64,000 bases of DNA from a virus (taxonomy: Duplodnaviria > Caudoviricetes): IMG/VR virus record IMGVR_UViG_2687453145_000002, positions 32,001 through 96,000 of that record. The stretch is one strand, 5' to 3'. The notes below the pieces were generated by a model that searched no databases, was not told the origin of the DNA, and saw only the letters and a list, made by a program, of their open reading frames with translations. This document shows positions 19,007-29,600 of the stretch, in pieces. Each line of letters opens with the position of its first letter. Positions within the stretch are counted from its first letter, which is position 1. The position numbers were made by a program, and so were the translations under genes.

Positions 19007-20518
19007 ATGAGCGTATCGGGATTGGCGGAAGGTTTTCTGGCTGGCTTCAACACCATGGACCGTTATCAACGTGGCCAGAAAGAAGATGAGCGGATGGATA
19101 AGGCCATGGGCCTGCGAGATGCCATGTGGCAGAACGAGCAGGAGCGGCAGAAAGTGGCAGATGAGCGCTACCAGAGCGAGCTGGCGTACCGCGAGGGGCG
19201 CGATAAGCTGGCGGATGCCAGGTATGACAAGCAGGTCACCCTCACCGAGCGGCAGATGAAGGAGTCAGAGGCGCGAGCCGGTGCTGCTGAGCGGCGAGCG
19301 GCGGCACAGGAAGCTCGGCAGCAGCAGGAGTATGAGTGGCAAAAGACACTGCGGGACAAGCAGCTTTTCCAGCAGGAGAACCTGCCGATTATCCAGTCTG
19401 GCTGGCAGGCGGTGGCCGAGGGCAAAGACCCTGGCCAGCAGTTCTGGAACGTGGTGCGGGATCCGCGGGCTGGCTCCTTTAACCCGGAGCGCTACCTGCA
19501 GCAGGATTATGCCGAGGCTGGCAAGACCTTTGTTACCCATGCTGGCAATCTGATGCGCCAGGCTCAGGAAGGAAAGCTCGACCCGACCACACCCGAGGGG
19601 CACGCTGCCGTCAATAACCCTGACTTCATCAAGGCGGCCGGCACCCTCTATCAGGATGAGGTCAACAAAGGCGTGGGCGACATCGATCCGGAAAGCGGCA
19701 AGACCATCACCGGCAAGCAGTTGAACAACATCATGATCACCCCGGACGGGCGTGGCGTGGTATTGGGAGTGGAAGTCACCTATGACGACGGCAGCAAGGC
19801 CGTGCGTCCGGTCACCAACAACCGCACTTCTGCGCCCGATGATCACCCCAAGGTCATCCCCATCAACGACTTCTTGAAGCCTGCCTACCAGCGGGCGGCC
19901 CTGGCCAAGCACATGATCGGTAACGCCGACCAGCTGCGCGCATCGCTTGGCCTGACGGCAGGCCCGGATCAGGCGGGATACAAGAAGGCTGTTGCTGACC
20001 TTGAGAAGCAGCACGGCCAGAACCGCGCCCGGATCTCCTCCAGCAATGCGGAGGATAAAGACCTGCAGCTCGATGCGCTGGATACCCAGCTTGAACAGAG
20101 CAAGGAGGCGCTGGCTGACACCTACGGCCTGACCACAAAAACGGATGAGCCAAAGCAGGAGGCGCCACTCAAGGCGTGGACCGGGGGCGATCCCAAGCGC
20201 CTGCAGTTTATCAAGGAGGCCAACCAACATGGCAAACTGAGCAGTCTGCTGGATTCCCCGGCCAAGATGAACACGGCCTTTGAGCTTTGGCGCCAAGATG
20301 TTGCGAAAGAGGAGGCAGCCAAGCAAGCGGCGGCATCTGCTGAGAAGGTGCGCAACATGGAAGGAGGTAAAGATCAGCCGCATAACTACCGCGCAGCAGA
20401 AGAGGCGGCCGTGAATGCGGTTATTGCATCATTTGCAAATGGACAGCCGACGCTCAACAAGGCACCAGATGGTGCGGCAGCCTATCAGGCGATGAGCCTG
20501 GCCCAGGCTCGCCGATAG
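19007..20518 (+). CDS. Putative DNA-ejection protein
   Basis: GLAEGFLAGF N-terminus, Q/E/R coiled coil, precedes giant gene. Confidence 0.65.
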   Translation: MSVSGLAEGFLAGFNTMDRYQRGQKEDERMDKAMGLRDAMWQNEQERQKVADERYQSELAYREGRDKLADARYDKQVTLTERQMKESEARAGAAERRAAAQEARQQQEYEWQKTLRDKQLFQQENLPIIQSGWQAVAEGKDPGQQFWNVVRDPRAGSFNPERYLQQDYAEAGKTFVTHAGNLMRQAQEGKLDPTTPEGHAAVNNPDFIKAAGTLYQDEVNKGVGDIDPESGKTITGKQLNNIMITPDGRGVVLGVEVTYDDGSKAVRPVTNNRTSAPDDHPKVIPINDFLKPAYQRAALAKHMIGNADQLRASLGLTAGPDQAGYKKAVADLEKQHGQNRARISSSNAEDKDLQLDALDTQLEQSKEALADTYGLTTKTDEPKQEAPLKAWTGGDPKRLQFIKEANQHGKLSSLLDSPAKMNTAFELWRQDVAKEEAAKQAAASAEKVRNMEGGKDQPHNYRAAEEAAVNAVIASFANGQPTLNKAPDGAAAYQAMSLAQARR

Positions 20519-20628
20519 TTGCCTTTCACCTACCCCAGCGTTAGCATCTCTCCATCGTCGATCAGTCTGCATGCTGATCGCCCCATCTCAAAAGCCCCAA
20601 ACGGTTCGCCGCTCGGGGCTTTTCTTTT
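20519..20628 (+). promoter_or_regulatory. Late promoter+terminator unit 3
   Basis: TTGCCT-17-TAGCAT with AGCGT before -10, CGATCAG hairpin, then AGCCCC...GGGGCT with T tract. Confidence 0.6.
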
Positions 20629-20648
20629 GCTCGAAATCCGAGGACACC

Positions 20649-23600
20649 ATGGACAAACTTGGACTGCGTGACGCCCTGCCACAGCCGCAACAATCTGACA
20701 CCCGCAATGACCCTTTCTGGGGCAACCTGGATAGCAGCCTGTCTGCTGCCGCGGCTGCACCGCCCCAATCAGCCCAGCCGACTGCCAAGCGCGACCTTGA
20801 TGTCGGTCTGGGTGATGTGGCGCGCGGGGTGGGTGCGGGCGCATTGGAGCTGGTCGGCGGCATTGGCGAGCTGGCAAGACAGGCCAGCAACTTCGGCAAG
20901 GAGAACGCTGGCAAGCAGGGTGGGGATTATCTGGAGCAGGCCCGGGCCAATATGGCCAACAAGCTGAGCCCTGTGCTGGATGCGGTTGCAGGCGCAGGTG
21001 ACCTGGCCCAAGGGGGAGCTGAGTCGCTGACCGAGGGAATGAGCGCGGATGCCAAGGAGGCACTGGGGCGCCGGCTGGTAGATGAAACACCGGAAGGACG
21101 TTTGACCCTGGGGGATGGTGCAGGGGATATCGATGTCTGGGCCATGAAAATGGCGCAGGGGGTTGGCTCCCTGCTGCCGACCCTGGCGGCGGGCGGCGTC
21201 ACAGGATTGGCAGCCAAAGTCTCTATTGGCCGTGCGGTCACCGCATCCATGATCAAGCGTGGCGCGACCCAGGAGGTAGCCGAAGCGGTCGCCGCCAAGG
21301 CAGTATCCAAAATTGCCACCGGCGCCTCTGTGACCACCGGGGTGACCGGATCGGTGGGCAGTGCCGGGGTGAACGCCCGCGACACTGTGCTGGGAATGAG
21401 CTTTGACGAGCTGGCGGGCAGCGACACCTTCCGCCAGGCGTTCACTCGCATCGACCAGGATCAACAGACCGCCCATCTCTCTGATGAGGAAAAGCTGGGG
21501 CTGGCCCGTGAGGAAACGGCCAACTTGGCCAGCCGAGCCACTATGAGCGACGCCAAGGTGTGGGGAGCTGCCGCCATGGGTTCCATGATGGGCGACGCCA
21601 TGCTGTTCAAGATGCTGGCTGGCAAGGCGGCCACCGGTGGAGTGCTGAAAGGTGCTGCCAAGGGGGCGGCAGGTGAGGGTATCAGCGAAACCCTGGAGGA
21701 GGGGGTGCAGCAATACGCCGTCAACGAATCTCTCAACGAGGTGGCCGCCGCTGATATCGACCCGATGAAGGGGGTCATGTCGAGCGCGATCGAGGGCGGC
21801 TTGATAGGGATGGGGGCAGGTGGTGCGGTAGGTGCTGTCGGTGGGGCGCGAGGCGGTAAGCATGCCAGCCAGGAAGATGGCGTTGGGACCGATCCGGTTT
21901 CAGAACCTTCCGCGCCGGTGACGGAGGGCGCTGCTGGTCCGGCAGTGGATCCGAACTTTGCTTCTGTTCCACTGGAAGAAGGCGAGCAGGCGCCCTCCGC
22001 CTCGCTGGCCGAGGGGGAGCTGAATCCGCTCGGCCCCAGCGCAAGCCAGTTTGACGAGCTGCGTGATGTTCCCGCCTATCTGCGTCAAGACGATACCGCC
22101 GATCGCTACAAGGGGATGGCGGCTGATAGCGAGGTGCAGCGCGCCTTGGCGGGTGAGTTCGGCCAGACCGTGCAGGAGCTGGTTGCCTCCCAGATGAAGG
22201 CTGGCGATCAGGGCAAGAGCCTTTATGAGCGAGCTCAGGCTGGCGAGCTCGGGCTTGACCCGTTCGCAGGCAACAAGAGCGCCCAGCAGGTAGCCATGGA
22301 GAACCAGCGCCTAGCCCTGCCGCTCAAGGATGTGATCTTTGCGGGCGATGCCAATGCTAAACCCAAGGGGGAGGCAGTGGCCGCACCTGGGGATCACGAT
22401 GACCAACAGGCTGGCCCCGGCCCGCAATTCCGAGGTGGTGAGCGTACCCGCTGGCAGAGCGGGCAGGAGGGGGATGTGTTGCCGCCAGAGGCATCTTCCA
22501 CCAAGCCCGCTGGCGAGCTGCCGGGCGCGGTGATTGAGGGTGAGGCCCGCGAGGTGGGTAACGAGTTGCCGCACCGCAATGTGGTCTATGGCAATGACTT
22601 GCGCGCCGAGCAGCAACGGGCCGCCGATCTGGCCCGCCGTGAGCGCGAGCTGAACAACCACCCCCTGCAGATCGGTCAGTCAGAGACCATCTTTGCCGGG
22701 GGCACACCGGGCGCTGACCCGCGCAATAGCGCCTATACCCCGCCCAGGCTGTCACGGGATCAGGTCGATACCAGCATGGGCGAGCAGTCCACCCGCGATC
22801 CGCGCAGCCCGGTGGCGCAGTCCATCGAGCAGGCAGGCAGCGCCACCGATTCGGTATTTGGCCCGCTCAAGTCGTTGCGCATCACCCGCAAAGGCAAGCC
22901 GTTCGCAACCGAGAAAGAGGCTGCCATGGCCAGCCGCAAGGGCCAGGAGATGCCGGTGCCGCTCAATGGCGGCGGCTTCGGGGTGGCCGAGATCGCCGAA
23001 GTCGAGCAGGTGAAGGCGGCTGCAACCACGCAATCAAGCGCCCCACAACTCGACGACATCAGTGTCACCAACCCGAATCAACCATCTGATCAGCCAGCTG
23101 CAAGCGTAAGCGCTGAAACAGTTCCGGCGCCGTCTGCCACCGCTGGCGAGGCCAGCCAACTAGCACCAGCCATCGATACCGGATACCGCGAGGTGATTCC
23201 CGTCAAGCAACCCAAGACAGAGGTGAGCAATGAGCCAGTTACCCCAGTACCTGCAATCAGCAGTGAAGGACAACGCGATCAGCCTGGCGCAGGCGAACCG
23301 GCTGCAGCAGGCGCTGGACCAGCCGTTGCCGGACTCACCGACCGAGCTGGATCCGGAGATCGGGCAGATCTCGCTGCGCCTGCACCTGTACCTGACGGAC
23401 AGCAGCAAAATGACCCAACACTGACAGCCCCGGCCACAGATGCCGGGGCTGCTGTTTCTGGCCGTATTGGCGAGGAAGAGTTGCGAGATCGCGACCTGCT
23501 AAAAGAGCATGGCGGGCACTGGAAGTATCGTTCTGCAGTAGGCGCAGGCTGGTTTACTGCCAACACCAAGGAGGCCGCCATTCAGCGTGCCGAGGAGGCA

Positions 23601-26600
23601 TACCGCAAGGCAGTATCCAAAGGCGAGCCTGTGCCCACCAGGGATGAGCGGTTCGCACAGGCAGACGCAGAGCTGTTTAGTGAAATGGATCGCCGCTACG
23701 GAAAGATGTCAACTCCCGAGCTTGAAGCAGAGTACCAGCGACTTGGTGGCGAGGTTGGCGATCTGCAAAAATCAGGCTCTGGCGAGTTCAACGGCAATGG
23801 CGGTCGCCGCACTGGGGCTGCTGTATCCAATGAAGGTGCTCGCCAGGTTGGTGAGGAACGCTTGCGCCTTGGCGTTTACATGAAGATGCGCCGCGACCGC
23901 GATACCGCGTGGTCGGGAGCCAAGTCGCAGCAGATCGAGCCAGCCAACGACTGGCGCGGCGCCAAGAGCGCAACGGATTACCACGCCGCGAAGCGTCGCC
24001 TGTTCTCTGGCGAGATGGAGTTTTCTGAATTTCAAGCGATGAGCCGTTCCGCTCTGGATAACGCCCCCTCCCTGCGGGCTGAGCTGGAAAAGAAAACCAA
24101 GCAGGATTTGCTTGATCAGATGAGCCGCTTCAATGCTGCCCGCTACAAAAATGACAAAAAGGCCGTCGTGGTCGAGGCCGCATACAACCAGCTGATCGGT
24201 GATCTGCGCTGGGCTGCCAATGGTGATGGCAATACCATCAGCGAGACCTATGCCATCGGCGGCGCCAGACAGAGTATCGAAGAGCGAGTCGCCAAGGCGC
24301 TGGATGGCCTCACCCCTGAGCGGTATCAGCAGTTCGTCAACAAGCAGCGGGCGGACGTGGCCAAGCGCGATGCCGAGTTGGCCGCCACCAAGGAGGCGCT
24401 GCGCGACCCGCAGACCCTTGAGCAGTTCAAGACCTTCCTGAAATACCGCTCGCTGGACAAGCTGACCCCTGAGCAGCGCGCCCGCTATGAGGATTTGATC
24501 GCCGCCAGCAATCTGGACAAGCGGGATCAGGCCAACGAGGTGAAGGCTGCCACCGCCGTGACCCCGACCGCCAGCGGCGACATTATCAAAACCAAGCACA
24601 CCAAGAGCGGGGAAGACCTCTTTGTGGTGCAAATGGGCGACCGGGTTGACCGCGACACCTATAACCAGATCAACGCGCACGCCAAAAAGCTGGGCGGCTG
24701 GTATTCCTCTTACAAGGTCGGTGGCGCCGTGCCGGGCTTTCAGTTCAAGGATGAGGCCAAGGCCACCGAGTTTCGTGGTTGGTTGACCGGTCAGGGGGCT
24801 GCCAGTGCCGCCCCGTCTGCCGAGGCAGCCCCCACCGAGGTGACTGAACCTGCCCAGACTGACAGCAAGAGCAAGCAGGTCGAGACCCTGCGCACCCGTG
24901 CCAAGACATTGCGTGACAAGGCCACCGCCGCACTCAATGCCGAGCGCAAGGAGAACACCAACAAGCGCATGACCGAGGCCGCCAACGCCCGCGCCAATGC
25001 TGAAAGTGAGTTGCACTTTGCCGGGTTGCTTGATGCCATTGCCGATGGGATTGAGTCTGGCGAGGTGACTTACCTGCGCAACCTGGCTAACGGCACCCAG
25101 TTGACCGAGCTAAACCACGCGCTAAGCCGCAGCTTGTGGAATTTGCCGCCAGCCCGCCGCGAGGCGCTGACCAGTCAGGGGATGATTGAGCGCGCTGAGG
25201 ATGACCGGGAACGTTGGTCTGCCAAGGCCACCCCGGAGATGATGGCAGAAGGGGCGCAAATGCCCGGCATGGATTACTTCGCCCGCAACCTCAAAGATGT
25301 GGCAACCAAGATGCAAGGGGCAAGCGGCTTCAAGCAGGCCGGGGCCAAGATCATGGCGCTGGTCAATGCGGCGATCAATCGTGACAGCAAGACGGTTTCC
25401 ATTACCGATCCTGAGCTTATCGCCAAACTCAAAGCCTACACCAGCGGGGTGAGCGACTACGACGCCAAGGCGGTCAAGGAGCAGATCAACGGCTACAGCC
25501 GCTTGGAGCGCATGGGCATTACCAATCATACCGAGTTGCGCGCCGCCCTGCGTGAGCTGGCTCGTCTGCAAGCCGTGTTGAAAAAGCAGGCCGTGCCGCG
25601 CGACCCGTTAGCCGAGAAGATGGTCGCGCTAAAGCGCAAGTTGGTCGGCAACCGTAATGCCTTTATCGACTTCTTCCCGACCCCTGAGAGCCACGCCGCC
25701 GATCTGGTGACGCTGGCCGGGATCGAGCCTGGCATGACGGTGCTGGAGCCATCTGCCGGGCATGGCATGTTGGCCGAGGCGGCGCGCGCTGCCGGGGCCA
25801 AGGTCGATGCGGTGGAGCTGGCTGTTGACCTGCGCGAGATATTGCAGGCGAAAGGGTTTGGTCTGGTGGGGGGCGATTTTATGGACACCACCCCGGCCCA
25901 GTCTTATGACGCCGTGGTGATGAACCCGCCGTTCTCCAATGACATGGATATTGACCATGTACGCCATGCTTATGACCACCTCAAGCCGGGCGGGCGATTG
26001 GTGGCGATTGTGTCGGCCACGGCGGGGGATCGCCAAAACAACAAGAACAAAGCCTTCCGTGAGTGGTTTGACGGGCTAGGAGGCAGTGAGCAGGCCATGC
26101 CGGATGGCGCATTCAAGACGTCGCTCAACCCTACCGATGTGCGTACCAAGATATTTGTCATCGACAAGCCCGCCAACGAGGTCAAGCCGCTGCTGTCGCC
26201 AGAGGGCAAGCGGGTGACGGTGGCCACCCCCAAGGGGCAGAGCGTCGAGGTGCAATACCGGGTGATGGAGGCTGCCGATCTGGTGGCGTCCCACGACTTT
26301 GAGGGCAATCTCAACCACGACTACCCGCAGCAATTGCAGCCGCGTGACCGTAGCAAGCAGACCTATCGGGTACAGGTGGGTCAGATTGCTGCCGCGCCGG
26401 ATGGGGCGCGCCTAGCCGCCAGCCCGGAGACCGACCGGGGCGCGCCGATTGTGCGTGACGGCATTGTCGAGAGTGGTAACGGGCGCACCATTGGCTTGAA
26501 GCAAGCCTATCAGCGCGGTGATGCCGGGGCGTATCGCGCTTACCTGCTGACCCATGCCACCGAGTTTGGCCTTGATGCTGCCGCCATTGAGGCGATGAGC

Positions 26601-29600
26601 GCGCCGGTACTGGTCCGCGAGCGGCTGACCGAGATGGACGATCAGCAACTGCGTGACTTCGTGGTGGACTCCAACACCGACGCCAAGATGGCGAACAGTG
26701 CCGCCGAGGATGCCGGCGCCGACGCGGGCAAGCTGACAGACGACATGCTGGATCTGCTCAACATCCCTGAGGGGGGCGACGTACTGGCGAGCCAGAACAA
26801 CCGATTCCTCCAGGCGTTCCTGTCTGCCATCGGCGAGAACCAGAGCAACAGCTATGTGAGCCGGGACGGGCAGTGGAATGATGCCTACCGCAAGCGGGTG
26901 ACGGCGGCCATCTTCGCCTACGGCTACGGCAACCAGCGGCTGCTGGATGCGGCCACCGGCGAAGTGGACGCGGACGGCCGTAACATCACTACCGCCCTGA
27001 TCAACAACGCCGTGGGCATGGCCAAGTTGCGCCAGCACTCGCCGGAGCGGGCCAAGGTTATCTCCAACTACCTCGCCGAGGCAGTGGAGAGCATCGCCCG
27101 CGCCAAGCGCAGCGGGCAGTCCCTGCAAGAAATGGCCGCTCAGTCTGATATGCTGGGAGGCGACACCAGCCCAGAGGGCAGCCTGCTGGCCCAGGCCATC
27201 GCGGCCAGCGCCCGCAGTGCCAAGGCGATCACCGGCATGGTTGGCGACATCCTGACTATGCTCAACAAGACCACTTCCGCCGACATGTTCGGCGCGGCGG
27301 TGGACCCTGCAACCCCGGAGACAGCGATCAATGAAACCCTCAAGGCCATCAGCGCCTACAACCAGCAAAAAGCCAGCCAACCCAAGCCCGGCGGCGATCT
27401 TTTTGGCCTCGCCGGAGCACGGAATAACCACGGCGCAGCGCCAAGCGTTCCGCGATCTGGTGACGCAAGCGCAGCAAAAGGCGCAGGAGGAGTAACCGAG
27501 GGGCGCCTCGAGCTGGACGGGGTAAGTATCCGTATTCCGGCCATCGACGAGGAGCAGCAACGCCTCTACAACCAAGCCACCCACCGGGGCCAGGGCGTGA
27601 ACTTTGCCAGCGGCATCAGCACCGGCGTGGGGCGGATCCTCAATGACCTGAAGGATGCCGGCCTACTGGACACGGTAGAGCAGAGGGCGGCCGCCGAGGC
27701 TGAGGTGCAAGCCTGGGCCAATGAGGAGGCCATCAACGCCCGCAAGCTGATGCGCGACGGCATCAAAAACCCGAGCTGGGCGATCACCGGCCGTTCTGGT
27801 CGCAAGGCCCAGAGCAGCGACGCCCAGGACGCCGAGAACCGCCGCCAAGCCGCCCACCACAAAGACCAGTCAGACCGCATCACGGCCCTGCGCGGAGAGC
27901 TGAAGAAGCTGCGCCCGAAGGAGGTGATCGGGAAAGATTCGTTCAACTACGCATGGGGCAAGGCCAAAGGCATGATCGCCGACTACGCCAGCGCCCAGAG
28001 CAACGGGCAGCCCAATCTGCTGGCCAGTCTGCGCAAGAGCATGAATGCCGAGCTGGCCCGCTACCTGCAATCCATGGGCAAGATCGACGCACCCAACTTC
28101 ATCAAGACCCTGAAGGAGCAGGATCAGCGCCTGAAGGCCGCCGGCCATGACGGCTTGGTGGCCATCGTGGGTGCGCGCTCCAACCCGGGCAAGATCATCT
28201 CCAACGCCATCGATGGCCGGATCCGCTTCTCCAAGCAAGCCATGTCACAAGGGATGCGACCTGCTAAACACCTGACTCGCAAGGAGGCTGAGCTGGTAAC
28301 CAAGGGGTGGTTCAAGCAGTACCGCGGCGCTTCCGGCATAGATGTGCAGATCCACGCAACCCAGGCTGAACTGGAGGAATCCCTCGGGCTGGATGCCAAG
28401 GACGGATTGATCCGTCGCGCGGCGTTTGACGACGATGCAGGCACTCTCCATGTGGCTGCCGACACCATCTCCGACCCCAAGCGGATGCGCGAGATCCTGC
28501 GCCATGAGGTGCTGGCCCACTACGGCCTGGCCAACGTCCTGGGTGATGGGGAATACACCAAGCTGATGAGCCGTCTCATCCAGTCGCAGAAGGACCCCAG
28601 CATGAAGCCGGTGTGGGACTGGGTAAACACCCATTACGCCGACGAGGACATCGGCACCAAGGCCGAAGAGGTGGTGGCTCACCTCGCCGAACTGGAACAG
28701 GGGGCTTGGGGCCGTGGCTGGGATCGGGTTGTTGCTTGGGTTACCCGGGCGCTGCGAGCGGTCGGTTTTGTGCCTGATGGCATTACCGCCGCGGAGACGC
28801 GTTCCCTGATCGAGGGACTGGGCAAGAAGTTGCAGCGTAGCGGCCCAGACGACAGCGGGCCGGATGGCGGCAAGAAGTTCAGCCAGGAAGCCGAGCGGCC
28901 AGCCCTGAAAGGCGGTATCAAGATGAGCCAGGCCAGTACCGCAGCTGATGCGGCCATGGAGAAGCTCAACCTGGGCCCCAAGCCCGACATCATCGACAAG
29001 ACCAAAACCAACCTGAACAAGCTCCGTCAAGTTGACCGTGGCGTGGTCAGCTCATGGGTTGATCGCGTCATCAAAAAAGCCAATACCGAGGTGCTCGACG
29101 CGCTGGCCCCCATCAAGTACGCCGAGGAGGCTGCCGGCATTACCGATGCTGCTGACTCCGGCTATGTGGCTGCACGGATGGCGACGGGGGCCGCCTCCAC
29201 CATGCAGGCGACCATGCTTTACGGTTTGCCGGAGTGGAAGGATGGGGTGATCCAGCGCAAGGCGGGCACCGGCGAGAAGGATGCGCTGCTGGGAATCTTT
29301 GCCGACCTGGGAGCTGACCTGCACAACTGGCTGGGCTGGATGGCCGGCCACCGGGCCGAGCTGTTGCTGGCCCAAGGGCGTGAGAACCTTCTCGACGCCC
29401 AGGACATCGCTGCCCTCAAGGCTCAAGGTAAAGGCAAAGAGGCCAAGTTTCTTGACGCCAAAGCGCGCTGGAATCGGCTCAATGCCGCCACCCTGGACCT
29501 GGGACAAGAAGCTGGGCTCTTCACCAAAGAGGCCCGGGCGGAGTTCGAAAGCGAGTGGTACATCCCGTTCTTCCGCGAATCCGACGACGGCGACGTGATC

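Noticed and set aside
23587-23883. Another +1-frame ORF within the giant gene
   Set aside because: No clear RBS or codon-bias switch; the main frame looks globular here
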